Origin: Camelus ferus | Lineage: Eukaryota | Direction of reading: 5' to 3' | DNA: 64,000 nucleotides | Assembly: GCF_009834535.1 (NCBI RefSeq) | Contig: NC_045697.1 | Coordinates: 27,964,001-28,028,000 of the forward strand | In this document: positions 8,352-21,855 of the stretch, piece after piece | How positions within the stretch are numbered: position 1 is the stretch's first letter | How the letters are laid out: each line of letters begins with the position of its first letter | Translations under genes and position numbers: made by a program | Notes under the pieces: generated by a model | Told to the model about the DNA's origin: nothing | The model's database searches: none | The model's input: the letters and a program-made list of their open reading frames with translations, nothing else

Positions 8352-10347
8352 TTAATTAAAGTATAGTCAGCTTACAATGTTGTGTCAATTTCTGGTGTAC
8401 AGCATAATAGTTCTGTCATACATATATATATATACATATATTCATTTTTATATTCTTTTTCATTATAGGTTACTACAAGAAATTGAATATAGTTCCATGT
8501 GCTATACAGTATAAACTTGTTTATTTATTTTATATATAGTAATTAGTATCTGCAAATCCCAAACTCCTAATTTATCCCTTTCCACCCCCTTCACCCCCCC
8601 AGTAATCATAAGTTAGTTTTCTATGTCTGTGAGTCTGTTTCAGTTTCATAAATAAGTTTGTCTTTTTTTTAGATTCCACATATAAATGATATCATATGAT
8701 ATTTTTCTTTGTCTTTCTGGCTTACTTAGAATGACAATCTCCAGGTCCATCCATGTTCCTGCAAATGGCATTATTTTATTATTTCTTATAGCTGAGTATT
8801 ATTCCATTGAATACAACTTCTTTATCCAGTCATCTGTCGATGGACATTTAGGCTGTCTCCATGTCTTGGTTATTGTAAATAGTGCTACTATGAACATTGG
8901 GGTGCATGTATCTTTTTGAATTAAAGTTCCCCCTGGATATATGCCCAGGAGTGGAATTGCTGGATCAAGTGGTAAGGCTATTTTTAGTTTTTTGAGGAAT
9001 CTCCATACTGTTTTCCATAACTGCTACACAAAACTATGTTCCCACAGAGTGTAGGAGGATTCCCTTTTCTCCACACTCTCTCCAGCATTTATCATTTGTG
9101 GACTTTTGAATGATGGCCATTCTGACTGCTGTGAGGTGATACCTCATTGTAATTTTGATTTGCATTTCTCTGATAATTAGTGATAGTGAGCATTTTTTCA
9201 TGTGCTTATTGGCCATTTGTACATCTTCATTGGAGAATTGCTTGTTTAGGTCTTCTGCCCATTTTTGTATTGGATTGTTTGGTTTGTTTCTTTGTTTGGG
9301 TTTTTTTTTTTTTTAACAAGCTATATGAGCTGTTTATATCTTCTGAAAATTAAGCTCAGTCTCATCTTTTGCAAATATTTTCTTCCATTCCGTAGGTTGT
9401 CTTTTTGTTATGCTTATGGTTTCCTTTGCTGTGCAAAAGCTTATAAGTTTGATTAGGTCTCATCTGTTTACTTTTGCCTTTATTTCTATTGCCTGGGTAG
9501 ACTGTCCTAGGAGAACATTGCTAAGATTTTTATCAGAGAACGTTTTGCCTATGTTTTGTCCTAAGAGGTTTATAGTCTTATGTTTAAGTCTTTAAGCCAT
9601 TTTGAGTTTATTTTTGTGTATGGTGTGAGGGAATATTCTTTTTTTTTTTAAACGTAAAAAAAATACTTTATTTATTATTGCATTATTTAATTATTTTATT
9701 TTGGCAGGGTGGGTGAGGTAATTCAGTTTATTTATTTTTAGAGGAGGTACTGAGGACTGAACACAGGACCTCATGCATGCTAAGCATGCACTCTACCACT
9801 TGAGCTATACCTTCCCCTTAAGTTTATTTTTGGGGGGTAGGTAATTAGGTTCATTTATTTACTTATTTTTAGAGGAGGTACTGGGGATTGAACTCATGAT
9901 CTTATGCATGCAAGGCATATGCTCTACTACTTGAGCTATATCCTCCCCGAGGAGTATTCTAACTTCATTGATTTACATGCAGCTGTCCAGTTTTCCCAAC
10001 ACCACTTGCTGAAGAGACTGTCTTTACTCCATTGTATATTCTTGCCTCCTCTGTCAAAGATTAATTGCCCAAAAGTCTCTGTGTTTATTTCTGGGCTCTC
10101 TATTCTGTTCCATTGATCCATATGTCTGTTTTTTGTACCAATATTATGCTGTTTCGATTACTGTGGCTCTGTAGAATTGACTGATGTCTGGGAGGGTTAT
10201 TCCTCCAGCTTCATTCTTTTTCTTCAGGATTGCTTTGGCAATTCTGAGTCTTTAGTGATTCCATATAAATTTTAGGATTATTTGTTCTAGTTCTGTGAAA
10301 AATGTCCTGGGTAACTTGATAGGGATCACACTAAATCTGTAGATTGC
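8352..10347 (-). mobile_element. 5'-truncated lineage-specific L1
   Basis: ORF2 C-terminal peptides ([40 protein letters not shown]); TSD CTAATAGTTTTTT at 8339-8351 and 10348-10360. Confidence 0.9.
9640..9948 (-). mobile_element. Head-to-tail dimer of a tRNA-derived SINE (camelid Vic-1-like)
   Basis: Two tRNA-like heads with A/B boxes (TAGCTCAAGTGGTAGAG...GTTCA) and A-rich tails; flanking near-duplication GAGG(G)A(A/G)TATTCT at 9627-9639 and 9949-9960. Confidence 0.85.
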
Positions 10348-10749
10348 CTAATAGTTTTTTAGTGTTTTCTACAAACAAGATCATGTTATCTGCAAAATGT
10401 CATCTTCTTCTTTCCTGATATGGATGATTTTGTAACACGTTCTTGCCTGATTGCCGTCGCTAGCACTCCCAGTACAACGTGGAACAGGAGTGGTGAGAGC
10501 AAACATCCTTGTCTGGTTCCGAATTTGGGAGACAACTTTGAGTATTTCACCATTAAGTATGATGTTAGCTGTGAGTTTTTCATCTATGCTTTTTTATCAG
10601 GCTGTGGAAGTTCCCATCTATTCCTAGTGTGTTGAGTGTTTTTCATCAGGAAGAGGTAGAGAGTATGGTTTCTTAGTCAACAGGGAAGAAAACAAATGCT
10701 CTAACTACAGTGCCCTGGTTTGGAGGTGCCTCTCACAACAGGGTTAGTA

Positions 10750-10933
10750 CAGTTAACCATTGAACAAAGCAGGTGTTAGGGGCACCTAACCCATATATAA
10801 CTTTACAGTGGGCCCTACAATCTGTGGTTCCCCAACCATGGATTCAGCCGAGAACTGTGTAGTGCTATGTATTGAAAAAATCTGTGTAAGTGGACTAGTG
10901 CAGTTCAAATTCGTATTGTTCAAGGGTCAGCTG
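10750..10933. mobile_element. Tc1/mariner Tigger-type MITE
   Basis: TIRs CAGTTAACCATTGAACAA / TTGTTCAAGGGTCAGCTG flanked by TA on both sides. Confidence 0.8.
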
Positions 10934-12949
10934 TACTCATGGTTGTGTTCCATTCCTTCCCTCCCTCCCTACTCTCCCAGCGAAAAGCACAATTCCTCTC
11001 TCCAACTGACCCCAGACCTCAAAGTGTGCCCCATGAAGTTGGCTGGGACTGAAAAATGGCATCACTTAGACATTTAGCTTTTAATTAATTCTCCCTAACT
11101 ACTTAAAACTTTCCAGCAAATTTTTTAAATTGCCACCTGAGTAAATCTTAGGCAAAGGCCAGCCTCATCTCCAGCTACTGACCTGAAGGGAGGGTCCCTC
11201 TTTCAGTTTTACAAAACATCAACAAGCACCTTTGTACACAATCTTGGTCCAAGTGTTTTTTCACTGTCACCTTAGAATAATTCCTGAAAGGAATGAATAA
11301 ATGCCTTGGATGATTTTTCATGTTTGTTGACAATTTCTATCACTTTTGTGAATTACTTGTTCATGTCATTTGCCTATTTCTATATCAGTATTATGTTTTT
11401 ACTATTTAATTATACGTTCTTTTTTATGTTACTGATACTAACCCTCTGGCAGACTTTTTGGAAACTTCTTTGCTCATTGCTTACGTCTTTATTTCATGAT
11501 CTTCTTGTACTTTTTATATAAACAAGTAAGTTGCTTTTCTCTTTGCTATTCCTGTCATTTAGTTGTGTGCTGGTAAACCAAGTTACAAAAAAACCAAGAA
11601 CCCTCATTTGTAGCACCAGACAATATCTGCAGCATAAGTATTTCCACTGTAATTCATTTCTAGCTACCAACTGACCTGCTTGCAAAATTCCTGAATGTTT
11701 AACTAGTGGTTTCCATAAGCCTATACAAACTAGCTCCAGCAGACCACTGCCACATTTTGTGTTTAGGTTTAGAAAGATCTTCTTCATAACAAGGTCAAAT
11801 AAATATGTGTGTATGTGTTCTTCTCAAAGATAATTTTTTAGTCATTTTAATTTTTATTATCCAAGTAATGTTTACTGAAGAAAAAATCAGGAAATATAAA
11901 TAAATAAAAACAAAAATTTCAAATCAATTATAGTCTCATCCTATAGAGACACACCAATATCATTTTCATAGCAACTATGCAGACTTTTTCCTATGTACGT
12001 GAACATGCTTTAGGCTCTTGACTCCTGCTACCAAATTGCTGTTCAGAAAGTTTGCACAATTTACACACACACCCCTCAGATGACATTGGACCATGTATTC
12101 TGTTTTGTAATCTGTTTTTATTCGTCTATACTACATCATAAATATCTTTTCATATCAGTAAATATCCACCTACAACTTTGTTATTATTGGCTGAATAATG
12201 TTCCATTTTACTTATAATGTATTTTTAAAATATTTTAATTAACAATGTATTCAACCAATTGGCTATTGTTGGGTGTTGAAGTTGTTTCCAAACATTGTAT
12301 TATTATTATAAACAACTCTGCAGTAAGCAGCTTGTTCATACATTTCCTTAGGATGTATATGAGCAATTATTTCCTTAGGATATATTCCATGAAGTAGACT
12401 TTCTGAACCAATGGATGTATATCCATACCATTATTCTCCGCCTTTTCTTCTATTACTATGAATGCTATGTCTATTTTTACGATTGTTTAATCCAAATATA
12501 GGACAGATTTTTAGGCTGTTAATCTGCCATATAATTCCAGAGCCCACCAACAATTTTAGTTTCCCTTTCCATCTGTTGATTCTATGGATTATGGAATAGG
12601 GTGCTGACTGGAACTTTTCCTATGACTTGGGTCCAAAACCAAAGCCTAGTGTTACTTACTCCACATTCTAAAGAGAGCTGCCAACAGATGGGGCTAAGCC
12701 GTCCCATCAGGGCATTCTAAAAAGCAGTTGAACCAAATAGTGCCTCCTCACCATCACCCCATCCTCACATTTCCCAGATACACAAGAATTCAGGGGAGGG
12801 CAGAGAGCACCAGCAGCACTGAGATATTGGTGTTTATGATATAACGCTGCACACTCTTCTCCAGTGGGAGAGGTGGCATCCTCTCCTTCCCAAGCCAAGT
12901 GCAATGGGTTTGCTGGTAGAATCACTCATGGAGACTAGACAGGAAGACT

Positions 12950-13490
12950 AGTTCTCTCTCTCTTCAGGTGGATGGTTGCTTTGATGCACAAATGTGCAGG
13001 ACACCCCTGAACTTCCCGCCAAGGACATTCCCTTTCTGAGCAGCCTTAGAGAACATTACCCATGCCCTGGGGAGTTCAGGTGTGTAAGGAAACAGAGGGA
13101 CTGGTATCTACTTTCCTGGAGATTTCTGTTGGAGTAAACCTTGCCAACAAGCAATCAGAGACTGTGGTGGCACATCCCTGGGAATGGCGGTGTGCCTCCA
13201 TGTCAGCTTGCCTTGGTCCTCAGACTCAGAAGAGGCACAGGAGGACTTCATTCATTCTTGTGATTCCATATAAAGGAGAATGGAGGCCAGAGAAGACAAG
13301 AGTATGTGGAACAGAGCTAACTGGCCAGCCTGAGCCCTTGAATGGCTTTGTGGAGTAGAGTCAGCTACCTATCCTGGACTTCCTAACTATATTTGACAAA
13401 TTATTTAAGAAAGAATAAATTTCTATGTTATTTGAGCTCTACGTTTGGGGTCTCCCTGTCCTGCAGTTCAGCCTGTACCTTAATAGACAC
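12950..13490 (+). mobile_element. Old MaLR (MLT1-like) solo LTR, boundaries approximate
   Basis: MLT-type 3' end AATAAATTTCTATGTTATTTGAGC...TAATAGACA. Confidence 0.45.
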
Positions 13491-15140
13491 AGTCACAGAA
13501 TCAAACATCTGCCTTTCTGCCCCTCATTCCTGGTCTCCACATCAGAAAGCTAGACCTGGGAGAGGGCGGACCAGGAAGCATGCATCTCAGGTAGACCACG
13601 CCCTCCTCACTGTACACACGCGAAGACTGAGCTGTAAGCCTAGCTTATACGTGGGGAACAGAGAAGAGCTTTAGATGGAATTGGAGATTGAAGATTTTAA
13701 GCTAGATTCCATTACTAATACCTCAAAAGGACCAAAGAGATCTGAAATCTGCTCACAATATCACTAAGGGGTGGGAGAAGGGGAGAATTTTAGAATCCAG
13801 TTCATATTTAGACTTGACTCTGTTGAAATTCCTTATAAACTGTAATTAAAAACCCCCAGAAAGGTCCTTTGGCTTTAAAAATCCCTTCAGGTCCCTTTCA
13901 CTGCCTGAAATGTATTCTCATTCCTTTCTAATCAAACCAATCTCCAGAAACCAAGACAGAAATTGACCTCCTCCTTTCCCAGTATTGTGTTTTGCATTCT
14001 TACTCTCGTTAGCATTCATTCTCTCCTATATCCCTGAGTCCAGTCGTGGAGTCACTGTCTTTCCCCTGCTCTCATACTCATCCAACCCCTTCTTTTTGCC
14101 AATCTCTCCCTTTTTTAGACTTCCAGAATGTCAGAACTGTGAGGAATACATTCCTGTTGTCCAAGCCGCCCAGCCTGTGGTGCTTTGTTCTGGCAGCACT
14201 GTTGGACCGATACACCACTCTTCTCGATAACCGTCATGCGACAGGCAACCTCACCCCGTCTCCTTGACTCCCATTCTCACCCTCACCGTGACAGCAGGTC
14301 ATGATAGGAGCTCGACTTTTCTTCTAACTAACTGCAAGGGGAGGTCATTAGAAGGTTTTAAGCAGGGGGCCCTGTCACTTTGGGCCATCCAAGCCAACCT
14401 CTCACCTTCTGAATTCCCCAGATGGGAAGCACTTTGTCCATTCATTCAACAAATATTTACCAAGCACCTGTATTTGCAAAGCATTATTTACTGATCTCTA
14501 TGTTCACAATACCCACCTCACTCTCAAAACTCTAGGGGACATTCATCCAGCTCTTCTGAGAGCTCTCACACCAAACACTGTCTGCTGCACTGGACCTGAG
14601 CGTTCCCGTTACTCTGCAAGCTTCCAGGCTGGGAGTGGGATAACAGGCTACTCTTCTAAGCCTAGAGTCCCTCTTCTTAGGCTTTGAAGGAAATCCAAAG
14701 CATTCTCCCCATAGGTCTAGAACCTCCCCTTAAAGACTCTCTAGTCACCCTTTTGAATCCAGCCTTCTGGAGATGGGTAATATGAGCTGAGAGATACTGG
14801 CCTCTTTCTGCTATTTTTTAGTAAGTCCAGCCTGGCTGTGCCTAGTATCTCAGTTTAAAATGTGGTGGTATTTACTACCTTTTGGCAGCTTTGAGGCGTC
14901 GCCAAAAGTCTAACACAACCAGAAAACTCCTATTCCATAACCAGTTACAAATAAATTTGGCTCTGAGTTTCCTCGGCAAGCAGGTAAATCATGTCTTTGG
15001 CCTCAACAGCCTATGACTAAGGCTATCTTTCCCATTATATATATAAACTATTATGCCATGCGTCCCCACTGGTTAATTGCATATTTGTGTAGCAAGGTCA
15101 AACATGTCATAAACGACTACTCAGATGTGAAAAAAAAGTC

Positions 15141-15146
15141 TTTATT
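15141..15146 (-). terminator. Candidate TLR6 polyadenylation signal
   Basis: AATAAA on the minus strand about 460 nt past the stop codon; use unverified. Confidence 0.3.
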
Positions 15147-15604
15147 TTCTATAACTGCTCTAATTTTTTCCCAAGTCCCAAAATTGAGTAGGATGACAGA
15201 ACCCATCCAGAGGCAAGTGAGGATCCACAGAACAGCCCAAGCACCATTGCATACAGTTCTGAGGTAGACCCTTTCCTTGCTGCCATGAGGTCCCATAAAC
15301 TGCTCACACAAAATCCATTTGGGAAAGGAGAAGAGAAAAGGAAGGTCCTTGAATGACTGAGCATTTACTCAGAAGAGACTGCTTCAATTTGAAATGGAAT
15401 GGTTCAACCAGAAGAGACTGAGCTCCCTGTAACTGGCAAGTCTGAGCACCACCTCAGCCCTCAGCCTGGTTTAATTTTTAGGTCTTCCATGAATGCATGG
15501 AGATAACGGAGTCATCATCTGAAAATAACTTAAAACCACCATGTTCATCAGAATCCAAGTTAATGAGAGTTTCTTAAGTTGAATTTTCTGGGTTTTTTTT
15601 TTCA

Positions 15605-17995
15605 TTAAGTTGGTACATCATCATTTTTGGTGATCAGTGTTAATTTCATATTAAAAGCAGCTCTAATATTAGCCCAAAAAAGTCCACGTTTGCTCTTCTC
15701 CTTGGGCCATTCTAAGTAAGTCCGCTGTGCCATGAGAGCCCTCAGCTTGTGATACTTGCCAGGAATGCTGTTCTGTGGAATGGGTTCTAGCAAGATCAGG
15801 ATTAAGTTATTGGATCCTTCATGGAAGAGGTTGTGGTGGGCGAAGTAGAGTTCATAATGGCACCACTCACTCTGAACAAAGTTGGGAGACAAAACAAAGA
15901 TGGACTTGTAACTTTTCTCAATACAGTTTATGATATTTTCCACGATGCTCTTGCCGGGAACAAAATTCCTCTCATGAAGACAAATCTTTATATCTTCTTT
16001 TTCTAGGCAAGGTACCAGTTCATTCTTCACCCAGGCAGAATCATGTTCACTGTATGAAATAAAAGCATGGAACTGGAGAGTTCTTTGGAGTTCTGCTAAG
16101 GGTACATTCCTAGCCCTGTGCCGGGTCTGGGTCCACTGACACAGCATCCTGAGATACCAGGGAAGATCCAAGTAGATACAGAGGACGGTCACGGTAACAG
16201 CCACCAGCAGCCCAGTGACCCCAATGGTGACAATCAGCAGAGCTGTGTTGCAGGATAATTGAGATACGTGGAAGTCCTTTAGTGGGGTTCCCTTATAGCT
16301 TTCTGGATAGTCACACTTATAAGAATCAGGCCAGTCCTCTACCACTTCACTTGGTACTTGGCCTATACCCTGGATAAAGTCTCTTAGCTCACATGTACAT
16401 TGGAATGGATTGTTCCCTGCTTTTAGGGACCTAATCTTCTGGCAGCTCTGGAAGAAATCAGCTGATGGGTTGGAAATTGAATTATAGTCAATGATCAGTA
16501 CAGAAAGGCTGCTAAAGGTACCACATCCAGGAAGGTGGACTAAAAAATTGAAAGCAACATTGAGCTCTTGCAAAGCTTCTAGACTGGTGACATCTTTAGG
16601 GATGCTCCTTATTCTGTTATTGTGAAGATCAAGAACCTTGACCCTGGGAGGTAAACATCTGAAAACAGAGTCAGAAAGTATATTTGAAGACAAATCTAAC
16701 ACCACTATACTCCCAACCCAAATGCAGTTTCCATCATGTCTATCATATTCCAAAGAATTCCAGCTAACATCCAGTATTTCCAAAGATAGCATATCCTTAG
16801 TCATGAGACCTACTTTGAAAAGGTCTTTTAATTTATTCTTTTGTAAGATAAGTGTCTCCAATCTAGCTAAAGTGTTGCAATTTTGAAAAACACTATCTGT
16901 GAAAACATTCTGAGTAAAGTTTAAAAACTTAAATGTGCTTGGTACTTGCGGACAAAGCATATGTACAAAAAATGTGTCTGATATGGTTAACATCATAATG
17001 TTCATCTCAGAAAACACTGTGTATAATGCTGTCTGTGAAAAAAGAAAAACTCTGTTTATAACATGTTCCATTTTCAATGCTTTCAATGTTGTTTTTTGAT
17101 AAGTAAAGTCTTCTTCATCAATGCTTTCAACTATTGTCAAATTGTAAATATTGAGATATTCTATTGGTTTGGGCCAAAGGAATTGAAAAGCTCTAATCAA
17201 ACATTTCCAAGTTGTTTCTATGTGGTTGAGGGTAAAGTTCAGTAAGTTTGGCCCTCTAGTGAGTTCTGTCAAAAATTTAAGTAAAACTTGACAGTTGTCA
17301 TCATTCAATTTAATATTAGTCAGTTGTAAGCACCTTAAACTATTAACTGATATGTTCACTTGGACAGAGAAGAAGTTATTTGGGTGAAAAACAAGGTGAA
17401 GTTCCTCTGTATTCAGAATTTGAAGACTTTCTTTCTCATTTTCTTTCACATAATAACCTTCCAAGTCCAGAAGGATGCAACTTAGATGCAAGTGAGCAAT
17501 TGGCAGTAGATCTAATTGTTGGAACTTCGTAGCACTTAATCCCAAGAAATTCAGTTGAGTCAAGTTGCCAAATTCCTTGCAGATGGGCAGGGCATCAAAG
17601 TCATTGAATGAGAGGTCTAAATGCTTGAGACTCATGATGGGATGGCAGGACACCTTCTGCAAGCGATTGTGAGATAAATCCAAATATTCCAAATCCTGGT
17701 TGAACTTGAAAATACTAACATCAAGGCACTGAATTCTATTACGAGAAAGTCTCAAAACTTTCAGCCCTGAGAGAAAGCTGACGTCAGAGAGGTGAAGCTC
17801 TGATATGTTGTTTTGAGACAAATCTAAGACTTTGGTTTCTGGTGGCAGGTCTTTTGGAACATGAGTAAGGCCTAGTTTTGACATGTCTACCACAAATTCG
17901 CTTTCATCAGAGAACTGGATTATGGTTACAAATATTAAAGTCATGATGTAAACAAAATGAAAGCTTCTGACAGTAGAGTCTTTGTCTTTGGTCAT
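15605..17995 (-). CDS. TLR6: Toll-like receptor 6, 796 aa, single coding exon
   Basis: [21 protein letters not shown]-terminus, LRR array, LRRCT NPFQCTC, TM helix, TIR domain ([31 protein letters not shown]); acceptor tttctag| before 18064; position next to FAM114A1. Confidence 0.98.
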   Translation of the reverse strand: MTKDKDSTVRSFHFVYIMTLIFVTIIQFSDESEFVVDMSKLGLTHVPKDLPPETKVLDLSQNNISELHLSDVSFLSGLKVLRLSRNRIQCLDVSIFKFNQDLEYLDLSHNRLQKVSCHPIMSLKHLDLSFNDFDALPICKEFGNLTQLNFLGLSATKFQQLDLLPIAHLHLSCILLDLEGYYVKENEKESLQILNTEELHLVFHPNNFFSVQVNISVNSLRCLQLTNIKLNDDNCQVLLKFLTELTRGPNLLNFTLNHIETTWKCLIRAFQFLWPKPIEYLNIYNLTIVESIDEEDFTYQKTTLKALKMEHVINRVFLFSQTALYTVFSEMNIMMLTISDTFFVHMLCPQVPSTFKFLNFTQNVFTDSVFQNCNTLARLETLILQKNKLKDLFKVGLMTKDMLSLEILDVSWNSLEYDRHDGNCIWVGSIVVLDLSSNILSDSVFRCLPPRVKVLDLHNNRIRSIPKDVTSLEALQELNVAFNFLVHLPGCGTFSSLSVLIIDYNSISNPSADFFQSCQKIRSLKAGNNPFQCTCELRDFIQGIGQVPSEVVEDWPDSYKCDYPESYKGTPLKDFHVSQLSCNTALLIVTIGVTGLLVAVTVTVLCIYLDLPWYLRMLCQWTQTRHRARNVPLAELQRTLQFHAFISYSEHDSAWVKNELVPCLEKEDIKICLHERNFVPGKSIVENIINCIEKSYKSIFVLSPNFVQSEWCHYELYFAHHNLFHEGSNNLILILLEPIPQNSIPGKYHKLRALMAQRTYLEWPKEKSKRGLFWANIRAAFNMKLTLITKNDDVPT

Positions 17996-18766
17996 GGTGT
18001 TGAAGTGGCCATCCCTCAAAGGGTTGCTGCTGTACTTCAGAACATCTTGATATGCATCCAAATTCTAGAAACATAATACACGTTAAGATGTGTAAAGATT
18101 GGATGATTGCTCTCAAACCTCGACTTACTAAACACAAAGTCTCAGTGAGTTCATCATTCACTACCCGAATCATTTCTGTCCCCATCATTTAATGTGTTCT
18201 TTTTTCCAGTTATACCAGTTGCTTGTGCCAGAAAAGGCAATAGAGATCTTGTTATCAAAGAACTGTGGTTGTGTGTTCTAACCTGGCTGGTGGCTCTCTG
18301 AGGGATCCACTCAGGACCTTGCCTTTGTTTCACCCAACTCAGAACTTCCTCAGGGCTGGACCAGCCTCCTGGGCAGTGTTTCAAAAACCTTTAAAGGCAT
18401 ATATACCAGTCACAGCTACTTGGAACAAAAGATCACAAATGGGGCAGGCAACAGACAACCAAAAAGCCAGAGAAGGAAGAGGCTGGGAAAGGAGGAAAAT
18501 GGGAGAAGGGCTTTGGAAAGCTCTGTATACCAGACAACCTAGAAGGTCACGCACATGCCCAGGGCTGGAGGCATGCTCACAGAAGACCTGAGCAAATCCC
18601 AGGCTTTTGCCTCTAGTTGATTTTTAGGCTCTGTGCAAGCAGAAAGGAGAGGCTAAGGCAGAGTTGTAAACAGTCTGGAGAAGCACAGAGTCAGTCTGTA
18701 AAGATCAGAAATTTTGTTTTTTCTTTCATTTTATTTTCTTCTCCAGATGTTTAAGAAAATCTCTGC

Positions 18767-18886
18767 CAAAAAAAAATGCGACAATGAATATATGTATGTT
18801 TATGTATAACTGAAAAATTGTGCTCTACACTGGAAATGGACACAACATTGTAAAATGACTATAACTCAATAAAAAATGTTAAAAAA
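18767..18886 (+). mobile_element. Very short L1 3'-end insertion
   Basis: L1 3' terminus with poly-A; perfect TSD AAGAAAATCTCTGC at 18753-18766 and 18887-18900. Confidence 0.85.
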
Positions 18887-19219
18887 AAGAAAATCTCTGC
18901 TGAATCACTAGCTGACAACTAAGCCAATGGAACAGAATTCAATGGTCACACATAAGAAGGAATACAGTCTTTATAAATATAGTTTCAAAACATCACTAAA
19001 CAAACAAACAGCCATAACCCATAGCAAGCAGCAACAACAAATGCTGGGAGAGAAGCGTATCTGAGTTACCACACTCTGATGTTTCCAGAGTCACCCCATT
19101 ATCATATTCAAAATGTCTGCTTTACTCAAAAGAACTATGAGGCATGCAAAGAAATAAGAAAGTATTTTCTATTCATAGAGAAAAAGAATAAAAAGAACAA
19201 AGAGAACTGACAACACCCA

Positions 19220-20960
19220 ACTTCAAGTCTTACATAAAGCTACAGTAATTAAGACAGTGTGGTGTTGGTGTAAGAATGGACAGATAGATAGCTCAAAAAT
19301 CGACCCACATAAGTATAGTCAACTGACCTCTGACAAAGGAGCAAAGTCAATTTGGTGAAGAAAGGATAGTCCTTTTAACAAATGGTGCTGGAACAACTAG
19401 ACGTTCCACATGCAATAAAACTGAAGGTCTAACTCAAAATGGATCACAGATCTAAATGTAAAATACAAAACTATGAAACTTCTAGAGGCTGGTACAGGAG
19501 AAAATCTAGGTGACTGTGAATTTGGCAATGACTTTTTTGACACAACATCAAAAGCACAATCCATGGAAGAAAAAATTGTTACACTGGACTTCATTAAAAT
19601 TAAAATTTTCTGCTTTGCAAAAGATACACTTAGAAAAATGAAAAGACAAGCCACAGACTGGGAGAAAATATTTGCAGAACACATGTCTGATGAAGAATTT
19701 GTATCCAAAATATAGAAAGAACTCAGATACAAACTACTATATACAGAATAGATAAACAAGGTCCTACTGTATATCACAGGGAAGTATATTCAATAGCTTA
19801 TAAAAACCTGTAATGAAAATGTGTATGTGTGTGTGTATATGTATGTATGTATATATATGTATTAAACTGAATCACCAGAAACCAACACAACATTGTAAAT
19901 CAACTATATGTCAGTAAAAAAAATGAAGAACTCGAACTCAATAAGAAAATAAACAACACAATTTTTAAATGGGCAAAAGATCTGAACAGATGTCTTGCCA
20001 AAGAAGATATACAAATGGTAAATGAGGGCATGAAAAGATAACTTGATACCATATGTCATCAGAGAATTGCAAATTAAAGCAACAATGAAAAACCACTACA
20101 TACCTGTCCAAACAATCCTGGCCAATCATGAAACCACATCAAATGTTGCTGAGGGTATGGAACAACAGGGACTCTTATTGCTGAAATTTAAAATGGTACA
20201 GATACTTTAGAAGATAGTCTGACAGTTTCTTACAAAGCCAAACATAGTCTTATCATATGATCCAACAATCACACTCCTAATTGTTTATCCAAATGAATTA
20301 AAAATCTATGTTCACACAAAAACCTGCACATGGATGTTTATAGAAGTTTTATTTATTACTGCCAAAAACTGAAAGCAACAAGATATTCTTCAATAGGTAA
20401 AAAGATAAACTGTGGTATATCCATACAATGGAATATTATTCAGCAATAAGAAGTGAGCTATCAAGCCACAAAAAGTCATAGAGGAACCAAAATGCAGATT
20501 GCTAAGTAAAATAAGCCAATCTGAAAAGGCTACCAACCATATGATTGCAACTCTGTAACATTCTGGAAAAGGCAAAACTAAAGAGACAATAAAAAGATCA
20601 GTGGTTGCAGGGGGCTGGGGGAGAGAGGGATGAATAGACAGAGTACAGAGGATTTTTAGGGCAGTGAAACTATTTCATATGATATTGTAATGGCGGATAT
20701 AAGACCTTATGCATTTGTCAAAACCCATAGAACTGTACAACACAAAGACTGAATCCTATGTAAATGATAGACCTTAGTTAATAATAATATATCAATATTG
20801 GCTCACCAATTATAACAACTGCACCACATTAATGCGAAATGTTATAATACGGAAAACTGTGTGCAGTGGAGAGGGGGTATTTGGGAACTGTCTGGTCCAT
20901 TTCCTCAATTTTTCTGTAAACATAAAACTGCTCTAAAAATAAAGTCCATTAATTTTTTTT
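19220..20960 (+). mobile_element. Old L1M (L1MC-like) ORF2 3' part and 3'UTR
   Basis: ORF2 peptide LDFIKIKIFCFAKDTLRKMKRQATDWEKIFA; L1M 3'UTR ending AATAAAG. Confidence 0.8.
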
Positions 20961-21034
20961 TAAAGGAGAATAAGAGAAATCAATAGAAATGTCCCTGAGG
21001 AAGCACAGGCATTGACTTTCTAGACAAAGACTTT

Positions 21035-21855
21035 TTTTAATTGAAGTAAAGTCGATTTACAATGTGTTAATTTCTGGTGTGCAGTGTAGTGATTCAGTTT
21101 TTAATATATATATATGTGTGTGTGTGTATATATATGTATGTATTTCTTTTCACATTCTTTTTCATTACAGGCATTACAAGGTATGGAATATAGTTCCCTG
21201 TGCACTACAGTAGGACCTTGTTGTTTATCTTTCATAATATCTATTTTATAGTAGTTAGTATCTACAAATCCCAAACTTCCAATTTATCCCTCCCTACCCC
21301 TTCCCCCTCTGGTACTCCTAAGTTTATTTACATGTCTGTGAATCTGTTTGTGTTTTGTAAGTAAGTTCATTTGTATTTTTTTTTTAGATTCCACATACGA
21401 GTGATCTCATATGATATTTTTCTTTCTCTGTCTGGCTAGCTTCACTTAGAATGATGATTTCGAGGTCCACCCATGTTGCTGCAAATGACATTATTTTATT
21501 CTTTTTATGGCTGAGTAGTATTCCATTGTATAAATAGACCACATCTTCTTTATCCAGTCATCTGTTAATGGACATTTAGGTTGCTTTCATGTTTTGGCTA
21601 TTATAAATAGTGCTGCTATGAAAATTGGGGTGCAAGTGTCTTTTTAAATTAGAGTTTCCTCCAGCTATATGCCCAGGAGTGGGATTGCTGGATCATATGG
21701 TAAGTCTATTTTCAGTTTTTTAAGGAATCCCCATACTATTTTCCATAATGGCTGCACCAAACTGCATTCCCACCAGCAGTGTAGGAGGGTTCCTTTTTCT
21801 CCCCACCCCCTCCAGCATTTATTGTTTGTGGACTTTTTAATGATATGGCCATTCT
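21035..21855 (-). mobile_element. 5'-truncated L1
   Basis: L1 3' end on the minus strand; TSD GACAAAGACTTT at 21023-21034 and 21856-21867. Confidence 0.88.

Larger units (their letters stand above)
7548..10650 (-). mobile_element. Old L1M 3' fragment interrupted by a younger L1
   Basis: Typical antisense L1M 3'UTR (accatagaatatttcacccacttaaagtgtacaattc...) and ORF2 remnants at 7548-8340 and 10361-10650. Confidence 0.75.

Noticed and set aside
9741..9948. tRNA genes
   Set aside because: tRNA-like heads have A-rich tails, TSDs and decayed stems, so they are SINEs
17996..18061. 22-aa N-terminal extension of TLR6 in the ORF track
   Set aside because: It starts at a non-ATG codon in the 5'UTR; the homologous start is ATG 17995
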